From Candidatus Poribacteria bacterium (GTDB taxonomy: Bacteria; Poribacteria; WGA-4E; PCPOR2b), in assembly GCA_965198175.1 (NCBI GenBank), contig OZ240245.1:1824001-1888000 (forward strand): 64,000 bases of DNA. The letters are read 5' to 3'. The position numbers and the translations under genes were made by a program. Shown in pieces: positions 17,929 to 28,485 of this stretch (its first letter is position 1; every line of letters starts with the position of its first letter). Below the pieces are notes generated by a model. That model saw only the letters and a list, made by a program, of their open reading frames with translations. It made no database searches and was not told the origin of the DNA.

Positions 17929-18894
17929 TTGGATTCACAAATGGAAGGAGAAGGACCATTGACGAGCACAATTGAAACGCGTCCTTTTGGCAGCACGGGA
18001 GAAAATGTAACGGTCGTAGGCTTGGGCGGCTCTCATCTCGGGGATATTTCCCTGAACGACGGGGTGTCCACGGTGCATTGCGCGCTTGACCTCGGCATCA
18101 CCTACTTTGATACCTCTCCCCTTTATGGGGCTTCCCAAATGATTCTCGGAGTGGCGTTACGGCCCCGCCCGGACAAGTACGTCTTGGCAACGAAGCTCGG
18201 GCATTTCCGCAATCCACGGCATTTCCGATCTGTTGAGGCGATTCATGTTCAGATTGGTGAAAACCTGCGTACCCTACAGCGAGATAGCGTGGATGTGCTT
18301 CAGGTACATGAAGCCGATTGGCGTGCGTGGTGGTCAGATGACGTACCACACGACAAAAACGTTGACCCCGATCAAGACTACGATTTTGCCAATGCGGCTG
18401 TCACGCAAGCGCTTCGCGAGGCGAAGGAGCAGGGTCTCTGCCGATTCACCGGGGTCACCGGCAACAGCGCAACTGAGACGGCTCACGCTTTACGCCATGT
18501 GGATGTGGACGCTTATCTGGTCGCGGGTCACTACGACCTGTTATGGCGAGACTTGCGCCGCGAATCCTTGCCGCTTGCACGTGAGCGAGGCGTAGCAATG
18601 GTGTTGGGAGGCGCACTTCGGGGCGGAACTTTTGCAGCATCTCAACAGAAAATCGCGGAGACTTTCCCGGCGGTTATACGGTCGCGATTCGAGCGGCTAT
18701 ACGCGCTGCAGCTCGAGAGCGGTCTTTCGATTGTCGCGCTCAGCGTCCGGTTTCTCATGGGCGACCCTGACATCACGACGATGTTAATTGGCGCCAAAAA
18801 TCCAGCCGAGGTAGAGGAGAGTGCCATCGCTGCACACGCGGGGCCTCTGCCGTCCGATCTACATCAAGCAATTGAAGCATTGGGCATCCCGTGA
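17929..18894 (+). CDS. Aldo/keto reductase
   Basis: GLGG, YFDTSPLYG, LATKLG and DVLQVHE motifs; start uncertain (17929, 17941 or 17959). Confidence 0.88.
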   Translation: MDSQMEGEGPLTSTIETRPFGSTGENVTVVGLGGSHLGDISLNDGVSTVHCALDLGITYFDTSPLYGASQMILGVALRPRPDKYVLATKLGHFRNPRHFRSVEAIHVQIGENLRTLQRDSVDVLQVHEADWRAWWSDDVPHDKNVDPDQDYDFANAAVTQALREAKEQGLCRFTGVTGNSATETAHALRHVDVDAYLVAGHYDLLWRDLRRESLPLARERGVAMVLGGALRGGTFAASQQKIAETFPAVIRSRFERLYALQLESGLSIVALSVRFLMGDPDITTMLIGAKNPAEVEESAIAAHAGPLPSDLHQAIEALGIP

Positions 18895-18979
18895 TTCCCT
18901 GCCGTAGTCGCCCGATGTTGATAATGAGAAGCGTTTGAAGGGGTTGAAGTGTTCGTTATAGGCGGGATGGGGTTGTGAT

Positions 18980-21900
18980 TTATGTTTCATCGTCCCTGTC
19001 GATCTGCGCGAGCAACTGTTCGATCGCTACATTGAGTTGGCTGTCTACACCTCGATCGGCTTCTCCAAGCGGGCGGTCCACTTCGACATCAACCGGTCTG
19101 CCTACCCCTTCGACATTGTCGCCCTCAAGGGTTGTAACCTTAAACCGGGGAAGACGGAACCATGTCCCGTCGAGCAATCTCCAGTTCGTTGTCCAGATTA
19201 CTGCGCCGGCAGTGGGCACCCCGACGACCTTACCGAGCCCCAATCTGCGGAATCCCTCGCTGAACATCTCTGCATTGCTTGCTGAATGCTCGTTGACGAT
19301 CAATATGACAGGCTTCTCAAGGATGCGGCTGCCAGCTAGGTGGGTGTCCGGTGTGGCGATGCGCGCGCGATAGCTCGATCTTGTATACGCTTTCCGGTGC
19401 AGCACGTCAAGGATGAACGGTGCGATGTGCCCGCCACGGTTGAAGCGAACATCAATGATGACCCCCGCTTTGTTGTGCGTTTCGGCATCAAGATCTGCGG
19501 TGAACTGGATGTAGGCGTCATAGGACATCATACGGATATGGACGTATCCGAGCCGCCCATTACTCTTTTCATGAACATATTCACCATTACATCTCACCCA
19601 GTGCTTGTAACGCAGGTCGGCGTATCGTGTTCCGTCAATCGGTTGAACGATTAGGTCGCGTGCGCCTTCAAGCTTAGGATTGTCGTTGAGTTTTACGCTG
19701 ACTCGCTTTCCACGTTTGCGTTGGAGTAGCTTGGGGAGGTTGACCTGCGAATTGAGTTCGACACCATTGACTGTGACGAGATATTCGCCGACGCGAGCGG
19801 GTTCTGGCGGCAGGGTCAACGGCGAACCCGGTAGGAGATGGGTAATCTTGAAATGCCCGCGATCCTCCAATGCGTCCTGATCGAAATCCGCACCGAGATA
19901 GCTGTCAGAGGTGTTCCTGTTGCCATCAAGTGCCCCGAGGTGTGAAGCGTTCAGTTCACCGACCATGAGGTTCAAAATCTCGCGGAAATCTGTTTTCGTC
20001 TGGATGCTCTGAACAACCGGTCGAAATTTTTCCCACAGCCCCTCCCAATCACAGCCGTGATATTCTGCGTCATAGAAGCTATCCCGTATCATCCGCCACG
20101 CCTCATTGAAGGCTTGCATTTTCTGGAGATGAAAGTTGATTTCAACCTCCGCTAACGTTTCGATTGCTCTTGGATCGCCTTCTTTACCCCCGTCTTCGCT
20201 CATTCCAAGCGAATGAATACGCCCGCCATCGTTGTAGTAAAGTCTTTTGCCATCTGGCAGAAAATGGACATTTCCTTTGCCTGCTGCGGTTGAAGTCAAC
20301 TGTTTGGGAAGTTCACCACGCGTATCAACCTCTAGTGGCATACTCCAAAGATTGGGATGACCGCTCATGGCGGCGCGGAAAATCAGCGTTTTACTGTCAG
20401 GGTGAATGCGTATCGCCTCAGCATTTAGTTTAGCGTCGGTGAGAAAGCGGAGTCGGTGCTTGATAGTTTCAAATTCAATCTCAACGTGTTCGATTTTCTT
20501 TTTTTCGCCATCTTTTTCGCACTCATTTTCGGAATCTGCCGCAGCCGTTTCTGGTCTATCCTCGCGGTTTTCTTTATCTTCGTCCGTTTCAAAGAGTCTA
20601 TCGAAATCCTCTTCCTTAAAGATTGGTTGAATTGGCTTGAGGTCTACCCGTGCAATCTGGTTTTCTGTCCGGTACTGTCTCGTATTGAAGATGATAAACT
20701 TGCCATCGGGCGACCAATGCAGGTCGTCAGCGCTGACGTTGCTCAAGAAAGTGAGTTGTTTGGGCGTACTCTCTTCGATATGTTGGACGTAGAGGTTGCT
20801 GAAGAAATTTAGGTCTTGGGCGATGAACCCAAGCCATTTGCTATCGGGCGACCATTCGAAATCTGTCGGCACGGGGAGATGGATGAACAGCTGATTAGTG
20901 ACGAATGGGCGCTTTTCCTGTGTTTCGTTATCCAACAACCAGATTTCGGCATTGCCCTGAATGTAGGCGAGCCATTTGCCATCCGGCGAGAATATCGGGG
21001 CGTATTTCTGTTCGGGGGAATTGGTGAGTTGGGTTTCTTCACGCGCTTTGAAATCGTGCTCGAAGAGCTGGTTGTTCCCACGGCGATCCGAAACATAGAC
21101 AAGCCGATCGCTATCTGGATGCCACCGCAACTGACTCTCACGGGCGGGCGTATCTGTGACCTTAAATGAATCGCCTCCTTTTTTGACTTTTTCCCCCTTG
21201 TCTGCGAGATCGGCAAAAACCTCTCCGTGGACAATGAATCCAACCTTTTTGCCGTCAGGAGAAAGTTGAAATTCGTTGATGTCGCCAGTGAAAGTTCGAT
21301 GGATAACTGGGTTGGATTTTTCATCTGTGTGCACAGCGATTTCTATCGGTTCAGATTCTCGATTGCTGAGGTTTAGCCGCCAGAGCTGAAAGTCACGCTC
21401 GAACGTAATCCATTTGCCGTCCGTAGAGATTGATGGACGCAACAGACGTCCGTCGGCAAAGTGGGTAATCTGTTCAGCGGTACTATCGCCATCCAGTCGC
21501 ACAAACCAGATATTTTCCTCACCGTCTCGATCGCTAAGATAATAGAGTCCATCTCCTTCCGCGCTCCACATAGGGTTGAGATTTTTGCCGAGGTACCGCG
21601 TTAATCGCTGGCGATCGATTCCGGTAACGTTCATCGTCCAGATGTCGGAATGTCCCGAGGGATATGGACCGCGCCGCCACCATGCCTGTCCGTTGTTGTT
21701 AAACGCTAACGTACCTCCTATGGGGGAGATTGCTAGATTATAGTGAACTTCCAAGGGGTCGCCAGCAATCCGGATGGGGGTGCCGCCCTCAACCGATATC
21801 TTATAAATCGCGCCGCAGAGACCATCGTACAACGACGCAAAATAGAGCCAACGCCCATCGGGGGACCAACAGGAAGGCGGGGTTGATGCGCTGTGATAAG

Positions 21901-22243
21901 TCAAGCGCCTCGGCGGCGAGCTAGAATCGAGGGAGATTACGTAGATATTTCCCTCGCCTGTACGCTGAGAGGCAAACGCCAATTTGCTCCCGTCGGGAGA
22001 GAAGAGCGGATGTGAATCATCGCTTGGGTGTGTCGTAATTCGCCTAGCCTGCCCACCTGCGGCGCACGCCATCCACACATCGCCCGCATAGCAAAATGCG
22101 ATTTCGCTCCCATTCGGTGAAAGGTTCGGTTGACACAGATATGGGAAATGCGCGGTTTCGGATCTGTTTGCATTATCTGTTCCGGCAGTGTAGAGGGTTG
22201 ATAACATCGTCAAAAAGGGACGACTCAAATTGGTCATGCACAT
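18980..22243 (-). CDS. Tricorn-like S41 protease (PD40 propellers, PDZ, S41 domain)
   Basis: SPDG repeats, GELNASH, DVRFNRGG and SASNAEMF motifs. Confidence 0.92.
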   Translation of the reverse strand: MCMTNLSRPFLTMLSTLYTAGTDNANRSETAHFPYLCQPNLSPNGSEIAFCYAGDVWMACAAGGQARRITTHPSDDSHPLFSPDGSKLAFASQRTGEGNIYVISLDSSSPPRRLTYHSASTPPSCWSPDGRWLYFASLYDGLCGAIYKISVEGGTPIRIAGDPLEVHYNLAISPIGGTLAFNNNGQAWWRRGPYPSGHSDIWTMNVTGIDRQRLTRYLGKNLNPMWSAEGDGLYYLSDRDGEENIWFVRLDGDSTAEQITHFADGRLLRPSISTDGKWITFERDFQLWRLNLSNRESEPIEIAVHTDEKSNPVIHRTFTGDINEFQLSPDGKKVGFIVHGEVFADLADKGEKVKKGGDSFKVTDTPARESQLRWHPDSDRLVYVSDRRGNNQLFEHDFKAREETQLTNSPEQKYAPIFSPDGKWLAYIQGNAEIWLLDNETQEKRPFVTNQLFIHLPVPTDFEWSPDSKWLGFIAQDLNFFSNLYVQHIEESTPKQLTFLSNVSADDLHWSPDGKFIIFNTRQYRTENQIARVDLKPIQPIFKEEDFDRLFETDEDKENREDRPETAAADSENECEKDGEKKKIEHVEIEFETIKHRLRFLTDAKLNAEAIRIHPDSKTLIFRAAMSGHPNLWSMPLEVDTRGELPKQLTSTAAGKGNVHFLPDGKRLYYNDGGRIHSLGMSEDGGKEGDPRAIETLAEVEINFHLQKMQAFNEAWRMIRDSFYDAEYHGCDWEGLWEKFRPVVQSIQTKTDFREILNLMVGELNASHLGALDGNRNTSDSYLGADFDQDALEDRGHFKITHLLPGSPLTLPPEPARVGEYLVTVNGVELNSQVNLPKLLQRKRGKRVSVKLNDNPKLEGARDLIVQPIDGTRYADLRYKHWVRCNGEYVHEKSNGRLGYVHIRMMSYDAYIQFTADLDAETHNKAGVIIDVRFNRGGHIAPFILDVLHRKAYTRSSYRARIATPDTHLAGSRILEKPVILIVNEHSASNAEMFSEGFRRLGLGKVVGVPTAGAVIWTTNWRLLDGTWFRLPRFKVTTLEGDNVEGVGRPVDVEVDRPLGEADRGVDSQLNVAIEQLLAQIDRDDET

Positions 22244-22271
22244 TCCTTTCTAAATCAACCTTGAACTAGGA

Positions 22272-23969
22272 CTACCATCCCACCACATAGCCATCCTGGC
22301 GCGGATCAGATCCGCCAATGAGCGCATCGGAGTGGGGGTCGACCAGAATTGCCTGGGCGTTGCCGGGCCCCTCCCAATCTCCCAGAATTTGGAGTGCGTG
22401 ACCTTTCCGAGCAAGTCCCTCGCGGACGTCTTCGGTAAATCGCCCTTCTAACTGAAGCACATCCGGGCAGGTATGCGGGATTGTTGATTCCATTGGATTT
22501 TGCAGGTTACGCCAACGAGGCGATTCAACCGCTTCCTGTGGGGTCATTTTAAAATCGATAATGTGCGTTATCGACTGGAGGTTGGTTTGCACCTGTGTAT
22601 CTGCTCCCGGTGTGCCACAAATCAGGAAGGGTTTATTATCTTTCGTCACGATTACAGGATTCATCGTGTGACGCACGCGCTTGCCGGGCATCAGGCAATT
22701 GGGATGACTGGCGTCAAGGTGCCAGTAGGTCATTCGATTGTTGAGCAAAATCCCGGTATCCCCCGCGATGAGGCTTGAGCCGAACCCAGATTGAATGCTC
22801 TGTAGCATGCAGACGGCATTTCCCCATGGATCGGCGACACAGAAACAGGTGGTGTCTTCAAACTGTTCAGACATGGTGGTAGGAACATCAGTCAACGTTC
22901 GATTGGGATGGATACGCTCAGCTTGTTTGGCAGCATAGGTTTTAGATAACATGCCTTTCAGTGGGATATGTCGCCAGTCTGGGTCTGCCGTATGTTTCTC
23001 CCGATCGGCAAATGCGAGTTTTTTCGCTTCAACCATCAAGTGGACGCTTTCTGCCGTGTTGCAGCCCATTGAATCCAAATCGAAGAGTTCAACGATATTC
23101 AACTCCTGCAACAAAACATGACCACTCGAATTGGGCGGCATTTCATAGACTTCATACCCTCGGTAATTCGTGTGGATGGGATTCACCCAACGTGCACGGT
23201 GATTCGTGAGATCTCTTTCTGCCAGCAGCCCATCGTACGCCTGGCTAAACTCGACGATTGCTTTAGCGATCTCCCCCTCGTAGAAGGTATGGCGTCCCTC
23301 GGCTGCGATTTTTTGCAATGTCCTACCAAGGGCTTTCTGGTAAAGAATCTCTCCAGCTTTGATCGGGTTGCCATCATTGGTAAACACGGCGCGTGTGTAT
23401 GGTTCTGAGGCGAAGCGTAGCGTTTCGCTTTCAAGTGCAGCAGCGAGTTGGCGACTTACAGGAAAGCCATTTTCACAGAGCAAAATTGCCGGTTCAAATA
23501 CCCGATTGAGATTAAGCGCACCGTAACGCTCATGGGCAATGAGCCAGCCATCGACCAACCCCGGGACCGAAATGCTGCGAATCCCTTTCATCGGAATGCC
23601 GCCATCCCGGAGGTAGACTTCACGGGTTGCCGCGTATGGTGCAGCGCCGGTCGCATTCACAGCCGTTAGTACGCCGGTCTCCGCCCAATAGATTAGGATA
23701 AATCCATCCCCACCGACGCCGGAACAGTGTGGTTCAACCACACCCAACGCTGCCGCTGTTGCGATAGCGGCATCAACCGCGTTCCCACCTGCCATCATTG
23801 CCTGAATTCCCGCTTGTGATGCGAGTGGATGTCCCGATGCCACCATGCCGTTCCTGGCCATCACATTCGGTCGAAATGCTGGAAATTGGATACCATGTGG
23901 TGATTGCAATAAAGTGTATCCCCCTTCAGAAATGGTTGACGATCGCAGTTTGGTTAACGCTTTCTCCAC
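22272..23969 (-). CDS. ggt: Gamma-glutamyltransferase
   Basis: GGNAVDAAIA, SGVGGDGF, DTT nucleophile, PGKRVRHTM and GGSDPR motifs. Confidence 0.92.
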   Translation of the reverse strand: MEKALTKLRSSTISEGGYTLLQSPHGIQFPAFRPNVMARNGMVASGHPLASQAGIQAMMAGGNAVDAAIATAAALGVVEPHCSGVGGDGFILIYWAETGVLTAVNATGAAPYAATREVYLRDGGIPMKGIRSISVPGLVDGWLIAHERYGALNLNRVFEPAILLCENGFPVSRQLAAALESETLRFASEPYTRAVFTNDGNPIKAGEILYQKALGRTLQKIAAEGRHTFYEGEIAKAIVEFSQAYDGLLAERDLTNHRARWVNPIHTNYRGYEVYEMPPNSSGHVLLQELNIVELFDLDSMGCNTAESVHLMVEAKKLAFADREKHTADPDWRHIPLKGMLSKTYAAKQAERIHPNRTLTDVPTTMSEQFEDTTCFCVADPWGNAVCMLQSIQSGFGSSLIAGDTGILLNNRMTYWHLDASHPNCLMPGKRVRHTMNPVIVTKDNKPFLICGTPGADTQVQTNLQSITHIIDFKMTPQEAVESPRWRNLQNPMESTIPHTCPDVLQLEGRFTEDVREGLARKGHALQILGDWEGPGNAQAILVDPHSDALIGGSDPRQDGYVVGW

Positions 23970-24294
23970 GGTAGTGACTTACCCTTTAGCAAATTGACAA
24001 GGCACATGTGATATGCAATGCGTAAGATAAGCAATTCTTCTACAATGTATAAACACAGTCACCATCTGTTTCCGGTTCGTTGAAAAGGGGAAAAAAAATA
24101 CTGGACAATCGGGTCGAGAAGTGGTACTCTCTTTTCTAGAACGACTCGCGAAAACGGAAGGAAAAATACCGATAAATCGTGAACATCATAACCGACCTTT
24201 CACCTGCTGTCAAGCACTCTTTGATCTGCTCGAAAACAGGTGATAGAGAAAAATCAAGCCCAAGCCGTATAACAAAGATTGAAGGAGCCTTACC

Positions 24295-26664
24295 GTGACA
24301 TTTGTACGTCCTCCACAGTCATCTCAGTGTGAAGCCATAACTTTTCCAGACATGGAACTGTGGTTGAGGCAGCACGATCTCTTGTATGAACGTCCGCCGG
24401 AAATTTGGGACGAAGGGATGCTGCTCGCCAACGGCGACATCGGCGCTGTGCTCTGGCTTGAAGAGGAACGGTTGAACATCTCGCTTGACAAGTGCGACCT
24501 TTTCGAGACTAACCCTCAGACAAGAGATATTCACCCCGACTTCCATTGGAGCACCCTCGTTACGGGCTTAAAAACAGCACAGTGGCAGGATACGGAAGCT
24601 ATTTTCTCCGAGAGCTGGCAGCTCGTCTACCATCCGCCCGTTGGTCGAATCGTAATAGACCTCGGTTCGCCGCCGACGGAGTTTCGAGGACGGCTCCGGT
24701 TGAGTCGGGCGCAGGTGGAAGCACGGATGGTTTCAGCAAACCGAAATCTCAACCTGTCAGCCTTCATTCCCCCGCAGCGAAACGCGCTCGTAATCACCAT
24801 AGAATCGGATGACGGTGCGTTTTCGCCTACGGTCACTTGTCTACCAGCAAAGGTGGAATTGAGTCAATTCCGCTTCAGCGGTATGCCGGGCGATGTTAGA
24901 GCAGCCGGACCCGGGCAGCCGAGCGCGTATCCTTCTGCCGAACTCGACCTCGGCGTACGAGAATGGGGTTGGAAACAGACGATGCTGAACGGGGAGGCGT
25001 TGTATGTCCGCGGCACAACCGACCAATCAGCGCCGAATCGAATTGTCTTCTACATCACTTTGGCAAGTTCCACAGAAGGTCCCAATCCTGACCTTCGCGC
25101 TAGGGAGACGCTTCGAGAAGCGAAGCGTGAGGGACCCGCATCGATTTCTGAAGCACATACCGCTTGGTGGGAAGCGTATTGGTCACACTCCTTCATCTCC
25201 ATTCCTGATCCGCAACTTGAAAATCTTTACTATTTGGGTATCTACCAACTCGGCTCGGCTTCGAACCCTGGGAAGCACTGGCCGATGGGACTCTTGGCGC
25301 CTTGGACACCGGATACCGACATGGTAGTTGGCGCTGGACGACCGCACTTCGATCTGCCAATGTACTATTGGCCGATCTATACTTCGAATCACCTGGAGAT
25401 GGCGAACGGCCTCTGTGAATGGGGTTGGAAATACCTCCCGGACTTCTGCCGACGGGGTAGGGCGTTCGGCTGGGAAGGACCATGGCTCGGCGGCGCCCTT
25501 GGAGCGGATGGGACGATTAGTTTCATGGGCGATGCGAGCACCACCTTTTGGCCCGGTTGCGGGGCATGGGTGTGTCATTTCTACTGGCTGCGTTACCGCT
25601 ATTCGCTCAACGAAGATTTTCTCCGAGAACGCGCCTACCCGATTATGCGCGAGTTCATGAAGACTTACCTGGGTATGCTCGAGCGAGGCGGCGATGGACT
25701 GTGGCATCTCCCGTGGTCATGCTCGCCGGAATTCACCCCCGGAGATGGGATTCCGTGGGGACCGGACTCATCAGCGGATTTGGCACTCATCCGATTTCTA
25801 GCTGAGTCGCTTCTTGAATCGGTGCAGATTCTCAAAATAGACGATCCGGATGCGGAAAATTGGCGGGATGTTCTGTCGAACCTCACCGCCTTCCCACACG
25901 GCACGGATGGGCTTCATATTTGGGATGGGCAACCGCTAGACCGTCCGCACCGCCACATGACCCACCTGTTTCCGATATATCCGATGCACCAGATTTCGAT
26001 TAACAGTGAAACCGAACAGAAAAATCTCATCGATCAGAGCCTTGCACAGGTTGAGTCTCAGGGATTTGTGACGGACTGGCAGTGCTGGTCCTACGTTTAC
26101 CTTGCGATGATTTATGCTCGCGTTGGGAAGGGTGAAGCGTGCGTTGAAGCCCTTAAAGCGTATGAGAGCTATGTTACCCCCGTCGGTCTAGCCACCAACG
26201 CGCCATACGAACGAGGCAGGGCTGCTGAAGGTGTGCCGTTGGAACCGAGCCTTGGGGCGCCGGCGGTAATTATGGAAATGTTGCTCCAGAGTTGGGGTGG
26301 GATTATCCGCGTTTTTCCGGCGCTGCCCGAGGCGTGGAAAGATGCCTCTTTTTGTCGGCTCCGTACGGAAGGGGCGTTTCTGGTCTCCTCACGTCTGAAA
26401 GCTGGTCAGGTCAAATTCGTGAGCGTCGAGAGCACAGTTGGGGGGATCTGCCGCATTGTGAATCCTTATGCGAGTCCCGCGAACGTGTACGGACTAACAG
26501 GCGACCTCGTCCGGTCGTTCACTGATCCAATTGTTGAATTTCCAACGGTGCCGGGAAAGGACTACTTACTCTTGTCGATTGATGAGAATTTTAACACTGT
26601 GGATTTCGATTTGTACCAGCCGAAACGACCGGCGGCGGAACAGAACAGATACGGTGCCCGTTAG
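24295..26664 (+). CDS. GH95-like glycoside hydrolase (alpha-L-fucosidase-like)
   Basis: LANGDIGA, SPE, HRHMTHLFPIYP and MLLQSWGGIIRVFPALPEAW...LRTEGAF motifs. Confidence 0.85.
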   Translation: MTFVRPPQSSQCEAITFPDMELWLRQHDLLYERPPEIWDEGMLLANGDIGAVLWLEEERLNISLDKCDLFETNPQTRDIHPDFHWSTLVTGLKTAQWQDTEAIFSESWQLVYHPPVGRIVIDLGSPPTEFRGRLRLSRAQVEARMVSANRNLNLSAFIPPQRNALVITIESDDGAFSPTVTCLPAKVELSQFRFSGMPGDVRAAGPGQPSAYPSAELDLGVREWGWKQTMLNGEALYVRGTTDQSAPNRIVFYITLASSTEGPNPDLRARETLREAKREGPASISEAHTAWWEAYWSHSFISIPDPQLENLYYLGIYQLGSASNPGKHWPMGLLAPWTPDTDMVVGAGRPHFDLPMYYWPIYTSNHLEMANGLCEWGWKYLPDFCRRGRAFGWEGPWLGGALGADGTISFMGDASTTFWPGCGAWVCHFYWLRYRYSLNEDFLRERAYPIMREFMKTYLGMLERGGDGLWHLPWSCSPEFTPGDGIPWGPDSSADLALIRFLAESLLESVQILKIDDPDAENWRDVLSNLTAFPHGTDGLHIWDGQPLDRPHRHMTHLFPIYPMHQISINSETEQKNLIDQSLAQVESQGFVTDWQCWSYVYLAMIYARVGKGEACVEALKAYESYVTPVGLATNAPYERGRAAEGVPLEPSLGAPAVIMEMLLQSWGGIIRVFPALPEAWKDASFCRLRTEGAFLVSSRLKAGQVKFVSVESTVGGICRIVNPYASPANVYGLTGDLVRSFTDPIVEFPTVPGKDYLLLSIDENFNTVDFDLYQPKRPAAEQNRYGAR

Positions 26665-26716
26665 ATCGTAAGCAGTGAGAATCTAAGACATAAATTCCAT
26701 CGAAGTTTCCGTATAT

Positions 26717-27511
26717 CTACCCGATACGATATCCGCAGAACTTACAGAGCTTCCTTGCTTCATAGTAGTATGCGGGCAGATTGTTCCGGCGCGCGCGGAA
26801 TTCACTGTGCGTACCACACATCCAGTAGAACATCTCCGCAGTGTCAGAAATCGAAACATGATAGGCGTGCTCAAGTTCAAACTCCGGTTCGATAATCCAA
26901 TCGCGCTCCGGCGGAACCGTCCGCATGTACCAATACTTCAGGAGATTCCGGGTAGCGCTAGCTGTAGAGATGGTTCGTCGGTGCCATATCGAATATACGG
27001 TGAGGAAAATCGACCCAGCCGGCGCCGCCGTAGAGACCGCATTTCGAATGCTGCCGTAATGGCTCATGGCGCTTCCATCAGCGTAGCGGAAGTGTGACCC
27101 CGGCACAACCTCCGTCGGTCCAAGTTCTAATGGCGTATCCTGTGGATAGTAGAACACCTGTAGCGAATCGAGTTCGTGACTAAATACCGAGCCTTTGTCG
27201 CGATGCCAACCCTGAGCTGTCTCCGGACACTGGACTCGGTGATTCGCCATGTAAGGCATGGTCAGCGCAAAATTCCTGCCTAACACCGACCGTATTGCAC
27301 CTGCAGCGTGTGGATTAAGGATGACATTGTCGACAAACCAGTCTTCCTCCAAGATTTGTAACGGCGTGTGCTCCGGATGTTCTTCAAGATAATCGAACGA
27401 TATTCTGTTAATCTCGTCCGGAACGACGCCTTCAAGCATCAGAAAGCCTGTACGGCAAAAATCCAATACTTGTGAATCAGTTAACGTTGGCGCACAATCG
27501 TACGTTCTCAT
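26717..27511 (-). CDS. PhyH-family dioxygenase (tandem paralog 2)
   Basis: WHRD, GPTEVVPGSH and SIWHRR motifs. Confidence 0.9.
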   Translation of the reverse strand: MRTYDCAPTLTDSQVLDFCRTGFLMLEGVVPDEINRISFDYLEEHPEHTPLQILEEDWFVDNVILNPHAAGAIRSVLGRNFALTMPYMANHRVQCPETAQGWHRDKGSVFSHELDSLQVFYYPQDTPLELGPTEVVPGSHFRYADGSAMSHYGSIRNAVSTAAPAGSIFLTVYSIWHRRTISTASATRNLLKYWYMRTVPPERDWIIEPEFELEHAYHVSISDTAEMFYWMCGTHSEFRARRNNLPAYYYEARKLCKFCGYRIG

Positions 27512-27542
27512 AGTTGTGTGTTATCTCCATAATTCTGAATAT

Positions 27543-28373
27543 TTACCGCACGCGATACCCACAATATTTGCAGAGTTTTCTCGTTTCAAGGTAATAGACG
27601 GGCAAGTTGTTGCTTCGTGCACGGTATTCGTTGTGCTTTCCACACAACCAGTAGAACATCTCCGCAGCATCATTACGCGCTCGATGCCCTTCCCGGTTGA
27701 AGGTGTTTTTGACAGGGGCGTGATAGGCGTGTTCGAGATCGAACTCCGGTTCCATAACCCAGTCACGCTCCGGCGGCGCAGTGCGCATGTACCAGTATTT
27801 GAGCAGGTTGCGGGTACCACTGACTTTGGATGCACCGCGACGGTGCCATATCGAATAGACGGTGAGGAAGATTGATCCAGCCGGCGCCGCGGTAGAAACT
27901 GCATCTCGGATACCCGAGTAGTGCGTCATAAAGCCTTGTAGGGCGAAGAGGAAATGGGAGCCCGGGACCACTTCAGTTGGACCCATTTCTAAGGGGGTAT
28001 CTTGCGGATAATAGAAAACTTGCAGCGAATCGAGTTCGTGACTGTATACGGAGCCTCCATCACGGTGCCACCCTTGCGCTGGCCCCGGACCTTCAGCTTG
28101 ATGATTTGCCATATAAGGCATGGTCAGGGAGAAATCCTTGCCAAGCAGCGAACGCACTGCGCCCGCGGCCTGAGGATTGGCGAGCACATTGTCAACAAAC
28201 CAGTCTTCATCCACAATTTCGCCGAATCTTTCTCCTGTGCGTTCTTCAAGAAATTGAGTTGTTCTTTTGTTAATCTCGTCCGGAACAACCCCTTCTAGCA
28301 TCAAATAACCGTTATGGCAAAATTCCAGAACTTGTAAGTCGTTCAACGTCGGTTCACAATCGTACGTTCTCAT
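27543..28373 (-). CDS. PhyH-family dioxygenase (tandem paralog 1)
   Basis: WHRD, GPTEVVPGSH and SIWHRR motifs; closely similar to the neighbouring gene. Confidence 0.9.
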   Translation of the reverse strand: MRTYDCEPTLNDLQVLEFCHNGYLMLEGVVPDEINKRTTQFLEERTGERFGEIVDEDWFVDNVLANPQAAGAVRSLLGKDFSLTMPYMANHQAEGPGPAQGWHRDGGSVYSHELDSLQVFYYPQDTPLEMGPTEVVPGSHFLFALQGFMTHYSGIRDAVSTAAPAGSIFLTVYSIWHRRGASKVSGTRNLLKYWYMRTAPPERDWVMEPEFDLEHAYHAPVKNTFNREGHRARNDAAEMFYWLCGKHNEYRARSNNLPVYYLETRKLCKYCGYRVR

Positions 28374-28436
28374 GGCAACCTCTGGTGTTTCAGGATAAAT
28401 CTCGGAATGGTCAAAACGGTGCGTTGAGATGTGAAA

Positions 28437-28465
28437 CCTTCGGAAGGCTCAAGACCTTCCGAAGG
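28437..28465. repeat. Inverted repeat CCTTCGGAAGG...CCTTCCGAAGG (REP- or terminator-like)
   Basis: Perfect 11-bp arms downstream of the NHL gene. Confidence 0.6.
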
Positions 28466-28485
28466 ACAGTACATTCATATCAGTT

